From Candidatus Delongbacteria bacterium (GTDB taxonomy: Bacteria; CAIWAD01), in NCBI GenBank assembly GCA_963663545.1, contig OY760505.1:3264001-3328000 (forward strand): 64,000 bases of DNA. Reading direction: 5' to 3'. Positions 1-8,958 of this stretch are shown here, piece after piece. Numbering within the stretch: position 1 is the first letter of the stretch; each line of letters begins with the position of its first letter. The notes beneath the pieces are model-generated. The model saw only the letters and a program-made list of their open reading frames with translations, did no database searches and had not been told where the DNA came from. Both the position numbers and the translations under genes were made by a program.

Positions 1-433
1 ACTACGGCCAATGCGACGTTCCAGAACCCAACACGGAGTTTGTGGCGCTCGCGGCGGGCTATGATCACAGTTTGGGCCTGAAGTCCGATGGGTCCATCGT
101 AGCGTGGGGAAACAATGGCTACGGCCAATGCAACGTCCCTGCACCCAACGCGGAATTCGTGTCGCTCTCGGCTGGAAGTCGTCACAGTCTGGGGCTGAAG
201 TCCGACGGGTCCATCGTGGCGTGGGGACGAAACAACGAGGGCCAATGCAGCATCCCCGCGCCCAACACGGAGTTTGTGGCGCTCGCGGCGGGGTGGAGTC
301 ACAGCCTGGGCCTGAAGTCCGATAGGTCCATCGTGGCGTGGGGACAGAATGACGACGGCCAATGCAACGTCTCCGAGCCCAACACGGAGTTCGTGGCGCT
401 CGCGGCAGGCGAAAAGTACAGTTTTGGGCTGAA
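1..433 (+). repeat. 120-bp tandem coding repeats (about 3.6 copies visible)
   Basis: ggccaatgc and ctgaagtccga recur at 120-bp spacing. Confidence 0.9.
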
Positions 434-764
434 GTGCACGGATACCAGTATCATGGAACCTCATGCCTGGAATGGCCATGCCTCCAGCCTCGAAATCTAC
501 TCATTGGCTCCCAACCCCTTCAATCCTCGTACTGTGCTCTCCTTCACGCAACGCACAACGGGTCCTGTTCAGCTCTCGGTTTTCGATATCCGTGGTCGAT
601 TGGTGCTGCGGCGGGAGCTGGGCGTTTTTGCAGCCGGTCAGCATCAAGTGGCATGGGACGGGCGCAATTCAGGGGGACGCAACGTGGCCTCAGGCACTTA
701 CTTCCTGCAGCTCACGAACGCGCCGGGGGAGACCAGCACGGCCAGAGGAATCCTGTTGCGCTAG
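1..764 (+). CDS. RCC1/BLIP-II-repeat secreted protein with FlgD/T9SS-like C-terminal domain (5' end outside window)
   Basis: Repeated HSLGLKSDGSIVAWGxNxxGQC motif; C-terminal PNPFNP...WDGRNSGGRNVASGTYF; the frame is open from the window edge. Confidence 0.85.
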   Translation, partial: YGQCDVPEPNTEFVALAAGYDHSLGLKSDGSIVAWGNNGYGQCNVPAPNAEFVSLSAGSRHSLGLKSDGSIVAWGRNNEGQCSIPAPNTEFVALAAGWSHSLGLKSDRSIVAWGQNDDGQCNVSEPNTEFVALAAGEKYSFGLKCTDTSIMEPHAWNGHASSLEIYSLAPNPFNPRTVLSFTQRTTGPVQLSVFDIRGRLVLRRELGVFAAGQHQVAWDGRNSGGRNVASGTYFLQLTNAPGETSTARGILLR

Positions 765-903
765 GTGCGGTGAATGGCGGGAGGCTGGCATAAGATAGCT
801 TGGAACCGGCGCGGCTCTTTCCCCGCGATGATGTCGCCATGTTGAGGTTTAGGCCTCGCTCTAGACGTAGTGGGGTAGACCGAAAGTTGTTCGAAGAAAC
901 CTC

Positions 904-932
904 TTGCAAATATGTCGAATAAGACATATTCT
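904..932 (+). promoter_or_regulatory. Sigma70-type promoter with palindromic operator for the toxin-antitoxin operon
   Basis: TTGCAA(904-909)-17 bp-TATTCT(927-932); inverted repeat AATATGTC-N6-GACATATT (909-930) overlaps it; ATG at 939. Confidence 0.7.
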
Positions 933-955
933 TGTCGCATGAGTCCAAACCACAA

Positions 956-2015
956 CCTGATTGCTTAGCATCCTCAGGCAAGTCTGAGCTCGTGTAGTGG
1001 CTTCTGCTCGGCACAGGCAGCCATCTTCAAGAAATCCCACAGCAGCTCTTTGAGATTGAATCGTCGGTTGAAGCGGAACTGAAACAGCCCGAAGTACCGG
1101 TGCAAGTAGTAGCCATGAGCTCTGTGGTGAACGCCAGCGAGGGAAGTCTTCAGATTGCCCAGCACAGTGCTACTCCACTTGAAGATCGAATCCTGTACTG
1201 CCTTCCGCCCTGTGCAGGCAACGGGCGCATGCAGATCACACCTTTCCCGAATACCAGCAAAGGAGCGCAGACCATCACTTGCCACAAAGGTCGTTGGTGC
1301 AAGGTGCTTCACAGCCCAAGCGTAAATGGTTGGTTTCCGAAAGTTTGGCAGGACGGAAAGCACGCAATATCGTGGGCGCATCTTTTCATTCCGTTCCACC
1401 GCGATGACAAAAGGGATCTTGTTTGGTGAACCGCGTCCCACTTTCTGGCCTGGACAACGACCGCCCATGTATGCGTCGTCGACTTCGACAAAATGCTTGA
1501 GAACCCGAGTGGACTCAGCATCAGCTGCTGCCGCCATCAGCTTCTGTTTCATCATCCAGGCCGTGTTGCGGTTCACACCCAGAAGGCGGCTTAACTCAAG
1601 CGCAGAGGTGCCGGTTTTGGATTGGCTCATGAGAAACATCGCGAAGAACCAGATAGAAAGTGGCAGTTTCGTGCTGTGGAACAGCGTACTTGCCGTCAAG
1701 GATGTCTGATGTTTGCAGCAAGCGCATTCGATCACAGGTCGAGTTCGAAGCACATGCCCTTTGGTAGCCTTGCAGGTTGGACAGACAAAGCCGTCTGGCC
1801 ACCGAAAGTTGCGAAGTGCTTGTTTACACAATTCTTCTGTGCCGAAGTAGCGTTGATACTCTTTGAATCCTATCCCCTTTTGGAACTGAATCGGGTTGTG
1901 GTTTGACATGGTTGCCTCCTTCGTTTGCGACGAAGAAAGCGTGGGGGTGGGACAAAATGGAATCGAACCATTGTTTCTTATCTACATAGGTGCCTGAGTA
2001 TGCTAAGCAATCAGG
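956..2015 (-). mobile_element. IS1595-family insertion sequence, complete
   Basis: 25-bp terminal IRs at 956-980 and 1991-2015 (24/25 match); 8-bp TSD AACCACAA at 948-955 and 2016-2023. Confidence 0.95.
974..1909 (-). CDS. IS1595-family DDE transposase
   Basis: N-terminal Zn ribbon (RWPDGFVCPTC...CACC), VEVDDAYMGG, SDG, C-terminal FRFNRRF. Confidence 0.95.
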   Translation of the reverse strand: MSNHNPIQFQKGIGFKEYQRYFGTEELCKQALRNFRWPDGFVCPTCKATKGHVLRTRPVIECACCKHQTSLTASTLFHSTKLPLSIWFFAMFLMSQSKTGTSALELSRLLGVNRNTAWMMKQKLMAAAADAESTRVLKHFVEVDDAYMGGRCPGQKVGRGSPNKIPFVIAVERNEKMRPRYCVLSVLPNFRKPTIYAWAVKHLAPTTFVASDGLRSFAGIRERCDLHAPVACTGRKAVQDSIFKWSSTVLGNLKTSLAGVHHRAHGYYLHRYFGLFQFRFNRRFNLKELLWDFLKMAACAEQKPLHELRLA

Positions 2016-2350
2016 AACCACAAACCACTTGTCTGGCTTCGCGGAGAAGTCAAATCGCCCCCATTTTCGAGGGCGGCGCGGCTCGAGGCGGGTTACCTGC
2101 TGCGTCTGTTGCAAGCAGGCCATCTACTGTCGCTTCCCAATTCGCGGCCGATGCCGTCGATTGGGAAACGATGCCACGAGCTGCGGATTGTGGATATGGA
2201 CAAGACGTGGCGCCTGATCTATCGAATTGATTCGGACGCCATTGTTCTGGCCGAGGTCTTTGCGAAGAAATCGCAAGCGACTCCAAAGGTTGCGCTCGCC
2301 AATGCTCAGCAGCGCTTGGCGGAGTGCGACAAGATCTGCGGGGATGGAAA

Positions 2351-2674
2351 ATGAAGACGGAAAAGCAGAAGAAACTGGCAGCAGCTGGCTGGAAGATTGG
2401 CAATGCGGAAGAGTTTCTGGAGCTCTCAGAAGCGGAAGCAGCTTACATTGCGATGAAGCTGTCTGTAGGTCAGCAGATTCGTGAGTTGCGGAAAGCCAAT
2501 GCAATGACCCAAGCGGAGCTGGCCAAACGGGTTCGCTCTTCACAAAGCCGCATTGCCAAGATGGAAACGGGAGATCCCAGCATTTCGCTGGATTTGCTCA
2601 TTCGCACGGTGTTGGCTCTGGGTGCGACTCAGGACCAGGTTGCGGAATACCTCATGCATCGATGCGCATCCTGA
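2351..2674 (+). CDS. XRE/HTH antitoxin (HigA-like)
   Basis: MKTEKQKKLAAAGWKIG... with HTH MTQAELAKRVRSSQSRIAKME; ATGA overlap with the toxin stop. Confidence 0.85.
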   Translation: MKTEKQKKLAAAGWKIGNAEEFLELSEAEAAYIAMKLSVGQQIRELRKANAMTQAELAKRVRSSQSRIAKMETGDPSISLDLLIRTVLALGATQDQVAEYLMHRCAS

Positions 2675-2993
2675 TATCTATTTGCGCCTAACCCCTGCTT
2701 GCAATGGATTTGCGGTGTGTCATACCGCATGCGTGGACGCAGCTGAGCTGCGATGAAGGGTTGATCGACGCAAGCGTCGTCCGACTCGCTTCGAGTCGGC
2801 AGCCACTGGCCTTGATCTCCGAACGAACGTTCATAGTAATAGCGGCATCTCACACACCCCTTGGAAAAAAACACGCCGGCACACGAACCATTGGCATGCC
2901 CTCGGCGAAAACGGTATCCTGTTGCGCTTGGTGTGTTAAGTTTCAATTGGAAAACCCTTATCAAGCTTCACCACTTAACCTGGAAAGACAAGA

Positions 2994-4415
2994 ATGAAAG
3001 CTAGACATTCGTACTATTATCTGCTGCTTGGCCTCTTAGCTCTTTTCTTTTACAATGGGAGATGGGTTATCCCTGTTGCTACATTTATGGCTCCACTGTT
3101 TCTTCTTCGTTTTTACAGGTTTCAGCGGCTATTCAATGGATTCGCACTAATCACATTGGCTGGCTTTATATCAAACATATTCATCTGGAGAGGAATGCTA
3201 CCGGTCTCGGGGACCTTCTATTATATCCTAATGTTTATGATGAGTGTTTTTACTGCACTCACCTATTTGATTGACAGATTCTTTTCAAAACATATTAAAG
3301 GACCAGTCTCCACGCTGGTCTTTCCCGCATTGTTTGTGCTGATGGAGTTCATTGTAGTATCAACGAATCCTTCAGGATCCTATGGAACATTGGCGCACAC
3401 TCAAACATCAATAACACTTCAGCAGATCTTTTCGATAACTGGTATCTGGGGACTTGTATTCTTCATTACATGGTCAGCCTCGATGATTAACTGGCTTTGG
3501 GAGCATAACTTCGAAAGGGGGAAGTTGAATATAGCTTTTTTTATCTACGGGATTCCTACGTGTGCGCTCGTTCTTTTTGGACAAATCAGATTAACCGTGA
3601 ATCCTGAGCACGAAACAGTAAGAGTAGCATCAATAACGAAGATAAAATCGAATAGCTCTACTCAAGATTCGAGGAGTGAGTTTCTAGAGAATAGCACTAT
3701 AGCTGCCGCCTCAGGAGCCAGAATCGTTTTTGGTTCTGAAACCGCTGTCGTCGTACAGGCAGAAGAAGAGGATGGATTTGTTGAAAAAGCGAGGGCGCTT
3801 GCTAGAGCAAGGAGTATCTTTCTTGGTCTCCCGATGCAAGTGATTCCACCAGAATTTCCAGAACGGCTTCCGGAAAACAAGATCGTGTGGATTTCCCCGA
3901 ATGGAGAAGAAATATTCACCTACCATAAAGCAAGACCAACACCGGGAGAAGGGGATTATGGTGATGATACTATCAGATATTTTGACTCATCCTATGGACG
4001 GATAGCTTCCGCAATCTGCTTTGATATGGATTTCCCTTCCTATATCAAGCAAGTGAATGAGATGGATATTGATCTACTACTTGTTCCAGGAAGTGATTGG
4101 AAAGAGATATCGCCCTATCACACATTTGTTGCCTCATCCAGAGCTATCGAGCAAGGCTTTAACATGGTTAGAGCAACAGCAAATGGCTTATCAGCAGCCT
4201 TTACCTACAAGGGGCAATTGTTGTCTTCACGCGATGACTTCAAAACCAAAGATCCCATTCTCTATTCTGACGTGCCTACTCGTGGTTATCGAACAGTATA
4301 CTCAAGACTAGGTGACTATTTTCCCTGGATATGCATTCTCTTTTTACTGGGATCAAGTGCAATCGTCACACGAAGCCTTATTCTGCGAAAGGCAGTTCAT
4401 AGGACAAAGAAATGA
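2994..4415 (+). CDS. Membrane-anchored carbon-nitrogen hydrolase (apolipoprotein N-acyltransferase-like)
   Basis: Multiple TM helices, then E-K-C triad contexts (GSETA, YHKA, AICFD); visibly AT-richer than its flanks. Confidence 0.8.
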   Translation: MKARHSYYYLLLGLLALFFYNGRWVIPVATFMAPLFLLRFYRFQRLFNGFALITLAGFISNIFIWRGMLPVSGTFYYILMFMMSVFTALTYLIDRFFSKHIKGPVSTLVFPALFVLMEFIVVSTNPSGSYGTLAHTQTSITLQQIFSITGIWGLVFFITWSASMINWLWEHNFERGKLNIAFFIYGIPTCALVLFGQIRLTVNPEHETVRVASITKIKSNSSTQDSRSEFLENSTIAAASGARIVFGSETAVVVQAEEEDGFVEKARALARARSIFLGLPMQVIPPEFPERLPENKIVWISPNGEEIFTYHKARPTPGEGDYGDDTIRYFDSSYGRIASAICFDMDFPSYIKQVNEMDIDLLLVPGSDWKEISPYHTFVASSRAIEQGFNMVRATANGLSAAFTYKGQLLSSRDDFKTKDPILYSDVPTRGYRTVYSRLGDYFPWICILFLLGSSAIVTRSLILRKAVHRTKK

Positions 4416-4520
4416 AGACGACCTCGTTCCTCGGCGGCTGAGTTCCGCCGTTCGACCATGCCTTCCTGCACTGCACCATGAGTATTCGGAATCAAATAAA
4501 CGACTCCAAGGCGGATCCAG

Positions 4521-5128
4521 ATGAAGCGTGTGCATTTTTCACAACTGAGCCTGTTGCTTTTGCTGGTGTGGGGACTGGTGGCCGTTGTGCAAGCGGCCAA
4601 GGGCGGAAAGTCTCAGCAGGAGCCGGAATTGCCCCAAGCCCACGAGGGCTTCAGTTGGCAGGTACTGGAAGAAATCAAAGGCGCGTTCCTGATTCTCGAT
4701 GGTTGGCATTTCGTTAGCGAGCAGAATGAGGGGACCCAATCCTATTTCATCACCCTTGAGGATTTGACGCGCAGTGGCAGTTTTCTACCGGCCTTTCCAT
4801 GAATGTCATCGGGAATGCGAAAGCTAAAACAGGTTATCCCGCCGCTGCCTACGCCGAGGCCCACATCGCCGTTGCTGGCCCATCCACCAACGAGGAGGTG
4901 CTTTCTACAGCAAAGCTTGGGAGCGCGGAAATGCCCGGCTTTGGCGTCCGTGCTCGAAGTCTGAATGCCGAGGGCGAAGCTGTACTTATGAACTGGGTTG
5001 CCGTTGGCAATACCTTGACCGAAACCCTGTACATCATTTCCTTCGAGAGTCCGGAAGCCAGCTGGGAGCAGGCCTGGAAGCTTGGTGAGAGAATGATGGA
5101 TACCTTTGCGCTGGACAGTGAGATCTGA
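4521..5128 (+). pseudogene. Exported hypothetical protein split by a one-base frameshift
   Basis: ORFs 4521-4802 (signal peptide) and 4799-5128 join as ...SGSFSTGLSMNVI if one T is added to the T run at 4781-4784. Confidence 0.65.
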
Positions 5129-5440
5129 GCTCCAGCGCTTCATGATTGTCAGCTCGTGATGGCAAATAGGTCGTTCCGGTGCTCTGCCAGCTGCACCTCT
5201 GTGCCAGCTTGGCTGATTGCAACGACGGCCAGGGAGAAATCGGCGAAGTGCTGACAAGAACCTTCGCGCAAGTGGTGCCTCCCTGTCCAGAATCCGTCAC
5301 CTCTTACCCTCACGAAGAGTGCTTCTTGCGCTATGGATTCTACATGTTGTTATGATTTAAAGCCTTAAACCTGACGCACACACGGTTTTGCCTTGGCACG
5401 CCGCTTGCCATTCCTGGCGGATCTAAAGCTGGAGCCGCTC

Positions 5441-8400
5441 ATGAGAGTTCTCGCGCTTCTCCTATTGGCCGCACCTCTGCTGGCCCAGACCTATCTGCAA
5501 AGGGGAATCATCTCCGCAGATTCGACACTGAGCCTGACGGGCAGTCCCTACATCGTGCAGGGTACGTTGAGCGTCTACGGCAGCCAGAATCCGCGTCTGA
5601 CCATCGAGCCGGGCGTCGAGCTGCGCTTCGTCCAGAACGCGGGGCTGGTGATTGCCAACCCCAACGGTCTGGAAGGCGACAACAACCGTGGACAACTATG
5701 GGCGACGGGCACAGCGGAGGAGCCGATCCGCTTCGTGGCCAACACTCCCGGTCAGGTCTGGGGCGGAGTGCGCTTTTACAACAGCGCGGATTTTGGTGGC
5801 GCAACCAGCCAGCTCGAGCACGCGGTAATTGCCGGCGCCAGTTGCAATTTGCAGCTGTACAGGACGCTCTCGCCGACGCCGCGCAAGCTCTCGCTCGAGG
5901 AGGCCAGCGCTGACGGCCTCATGCTATACCAGTGCGTGCCCGCACCCACTCTTGAAAACCTGAGTGTCACGGGCTCGGCCGCCTGGCCGCTAACTCTCTA
6001 CGGTAGCGCATTGCCGCAGCTCATCGGGGTTACTACGAGCGGAAACGGCATGGAAGCAGCGCGCTACACGGGGACGATCGTTGACGACCTGACTTTGGAT
6101 CTAGCCGCCTGGCCTTTTCCACTGGTGTTTGATGACCTGACGGAAGTTGCCAGCCTGGCTTGTCCGCGCCTGACGCTGCCCGCGGGTACAGAGCTGCGCT
6201 TTCTGGCCGATGCCAGCCTGTGCATCGGCAACCACAACAATTTCAACGGTGGAGTGTATTGCGGACAGCTGACCGCAACGGGTACGGAGGAGGAGCCGAT
6301 TCGTTTCGTGGCCGATACCCCCGGGCAGGTCTGGGGCGGTCTGCGCCTATGTGACGCCTCTGATTTCGACGGTGCGCAGAGCCAGCTCGAGCATGTGCTG
6401 ATCTCTGGTGCAGATTGCGATCTGCGAGTCATGTACAGCTCCACACCCGTGTTGCAGAATCTTGTGCTGGAGGACGCTGCCGGCGACGCTCTGCTGATGC
6501 AGAGTTGCTATCCCGCGCCAGCGCTGGACAGCGTAACGGTGAGGGGCGCTGGCGGCTTTGCGCTGAGCCTGATCGGCAGCGCATTGCCCGCGTTGAACAA
6601 TTTCAGCGCCACGGACAACGGCGACGATCGCGCGTGCTACACGGGTACCATTAGTGCCGACCTGACGCTGGACCTTGCCGCCTGGCCCCAGTCGCTGGTG
6701 TTCAAAGATGCAACCACGGTCGTTGGCCCGACAAACCCGCGGCTGACTCTGCCACCGGGAACCGAATTGCGCTTTCTGGCGGGAGCCCGGCTGAACATCG
6801 CCGACACTCGCAACATTGCGAACAACAACTATCGCGGCCAGCTGACCGCGGTGGGCACGGGGGCCGCGCCGGTCCGCTTCGTGGCGGACACGCCGGGTCA
6901 GACCTGGGGTGGCCTGCGCTTTTGCAACAGCGCGGATTTTGGCGGCGCGGCCAGTCAGCTGGAACACGCGCAAATCGCCGGTGCGGATTGTAATCTGCGC
7001 CTGTACAAATCAGCTTCACCCGAGTTGCGGAGCCTTGTGCTGGAGGACGCCCGCGACGATGCTCTGCTGTTGGAGGAGTGTCGACCGGCTCCCGCAATCG
7101 AGAATCTGCAGATCACCGGCTCAGGCGGTTTTGCGCTGTCGCTGGACGGTAGTGAGCTGCCTGCGCTGACGAACCTGGTGACCAGTGGAAACGGGGACGA
7201 TCGAGCGCGCTACTACGGCGTGATTGCAGCGGATCTCACCCTCGACCTTGCTTCATGGCCGCACGCGCTGGTGTTCAGCGGCCTGACTTCGGTGTTCGGC
7301 CCGGACAATCCGCGATTGACGCTGCCACCCGGCACTGAACTGCGCTTTCTGCACGGCGCCAGCCTGCACATCGCCGGGGACCACGATCTGGAGGGCGACA
7401 GCTATCGTGGCCAGCTCAGGGCCGTAGGAACGGCGGAGGAGCCCGTGTGCTTCGTGGCCGACACTCCAGGAGATTTCTGGGTCGGTCTGTGTTTCCACAA
7501 CAGCGCCGACTACAACGGCGCGGCCAGTGAGTTGGAGCACGCGCGGATCGCGGATGCCAGTACTAATCTGAGCTTGACCAGCACTGCCTCGCCGACACTG
7601 CGAAATCTTCAGCTCGAAGGGGCGCGACACAGCGGTCTGCAGCTGATCTCCTGTATTCCGGCACCGGCGATCGAAAATGTGAGCGTGAACGGCTCGGCAG
7701 AGTTCCCGCTGGTGCTGTACGGCAGCGCCCTGCCCGAGCTGGTCAACTTCAGCGCCAGTGGCAACGGCGACAATCGCGCCGGTTACGGGGGGACCATCAC
7801 TCGGGATTTGACCCTGGATCCGGCTGCCTGGCCCTGGCCGCTGGTGATCTGCGGGCAGCTGATTGTGGCGGGTGCGGACAATCCGCGCCTCACACTGCCA
7901 GCGGGGACAGAACTGCGCTTCCAGCAAATCGGTCGCCTGGACATCGCCTATCCCACGGTCCAGGCGGGAACCAGCTACCGCGGCCAGTTGACGGCCGTCG
8001 GCACAGTGGCGGAGCCGGTGCGCTTTGTCGCCGATGACCCGGAGTTGGGCTGGCTGGGCGTGCGCTTCAATAACTCGGCTGATTATGGTGGCGCCAGCAG
8101 CGAGTTGCGCTACGCAAGGGTAGAAGGCGCGCGCGACGGTGTCACGCTACGCTCGACGGATTCCCCCGAACTGCTCGATCTGGTGCTGGCTGAGGCGGAG
8201 AATGCCTCTCTCACGCTGCTGGATGCGTACCCGCTCGTGCAGCGCTGCTGCTTCCTCGACAGCGGACGCGGGCTGTACGTCTACAACGCGGACACGACGA
8301 TCATTGGTGATACACTGAGTGCTGCGTGTACCTTCATGGGCAACCACGACTGGGACCTCTACAACGATGGTCCCGGCGCCGTGCTGGCCAGGCACAACGG

Positions 8401-8767
8401 ACTTTGCACGCCCAATGGTGAGCTGATCTCCGACCGGATCTTCGATCAACTGGACGATCCCGCTAAGGGCCTGGTGAGCTACGATCCGCTGGGCGAAGTG
8501 GGCCTGCTGCGTGTCACGGTGGAGTACCGGCCAGCCACGGAAGTGCTGCACATGGAGTGGTGTCCGCTCTTCGGTGCCACCAGCTACACGATTTACGGTC
8601 AGGACACCGACGGGTATGCGCCCGTCCTGGTGGACACGGTGGCGACCACAATGAATACCTGGTTGGATATTCCGCTGGCCGATCTGCCACATCTGCAGTT
8701 CTACACCGTGACCGGCGAAGTCAGCGCGGCAGTACGCGATGCCGAATTGCGTGGAGGCTGCCGCTAG
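5441..8767 (+). CDS. Large secreted beta-helix-like repeat protein
   Basis: Signal peptide MRVLALLLLAAPLLA; five 191-aa repeats containing LTLPxGTELRF and GTAEEPIRF motifs. Confidence 0.85.
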   Translation: MRVLALLLLAAPLLAQTYLQRGIISADSTLSLTGSPYIVQGTLSVYGSQNPRLTIEPGVELRFVQNAGLVIANPNGLEGDNNRGQLWATGTAEEPIRFVANTPGQVWGGVRFYNSADFGGATSQLEHAVIAGASCNLQLYRTLSPTPRKLSLEEASADGLMLYQCVPAPTLENLSVTGSAAWPLTLYGSALPQLIGVTTSGNGMEAARYTGTIVDDLTLDLAAWPFPLVFDDLTEVASLACPRLTLPAGTELRFLADASLCIGNHNNFNGGVYCGQLTATGTEEEPIRFVADTPGQVWGGLRLCDASDFDGAQSQLEHVLISGADCDLRVMYSSTPVLQNLVLEDAAGDALLMQSCYPAPALDSVTVRGAGGFALSLIGSALPALNNFSATDNGDDRACYTGTISADLTLDLAAWPQSLVFKDATTVVGPTNPRLTLPPGTELRFLAGARLNIADTRNIANNNYRGQLTAVGTGAAPVRFVADTPGQTWGGLRFCNSADFGGAASQLEHAQIAGADCNLRLYKSASPELRSLVLEDARDDALLLEECRPAPAIENLQITGSGGFALSLDGSELPALTNLVTSGNGDDRARYYGVIAADLTLDLASWPHALVFSGLTSVFGPDNPRLTLPPGTELRFLHGASLHIAGDHDLEGDSYRGQLRAVGTAEEPVCFVADTPGDFWVGLCFHNSADYNGAASELEHARIADASTNLSLTSTASPTLRNLQLEGARHSGLQLISCIPAPAIENVSVNGSAEFPLVLYGSALPELVNFSASGNGDNRAGYGGTITRDLTLDPAAWPWPLVICGQLIVAGADNPRLTLPAGTELRFQQIGRLDIAYPTVQAGTSYRGQLTAVGTVAEPVRFVADDPELGWLGVRFNNSADYGGASSELRYARVEGARDGVTLRSTDSPELLDLVLAEAENASLTLLDAYPLVQRCCFLDSGRGLYVYNADTTIIGDTLSAACTFMGNHDWDLYNDGPGAVLARHNGLCTPNGELISDRIFDQLDDPAKGLVSYDPLGEVGLLRVTVEYRPATEVLHMEWCPLFGATSYTIYGQDTDGYAPVLVDTVATTMNTWLDIPLADLPHLQFYTVTGEVSAAVRDAELRGGCR

Positions 8768-8792
8768 CGGATCACACATTGAGCAGAACACG

Positions 8793-8819
8793 AGCGGCCC
8801 GGGCAACCGGGCCGCTTTT
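8793..8819 (+). terminator. Intrinsic terminator
   Basis: agcggcccgg-gcaa-ccgggccgct followed by a T run. Confidence 0.75.
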
Positions 8820-8958
8820 GTAACACAAAACCAGAGTGCTTGTGTCACGAGTAAGTACTGTTGCCATTCTCTCAGGCGATCGATGTGATACAAAGAAAAA
8901 GCCCGTCGGTGTACAGGGACCGCGACGGGCAGGAAAGCAAGCGAAGTTGCTTAGCGAC

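Larger units (their letters stand above)
939..2354 (+). pseudogene. RelE/ParE-superfamily (Gp49/HigB-like) toxin interrupted by IS1595
   Basis: Removing the IS and one TSD copy restores MSPNHKPLVWLRGEVKSPPFSRAARLEAGYLLRLLQ...SRPMPSIGKRCHELRI...WRLIYRID...VFAKKSQATP. Confidence 0.85.

Noticed and set aside
1..8767. Diversity-generating retroelement behind the variable repeats
   Set aside because: No reverse transcriptase, no non-coding template copy, and differences are not adenine-restricted
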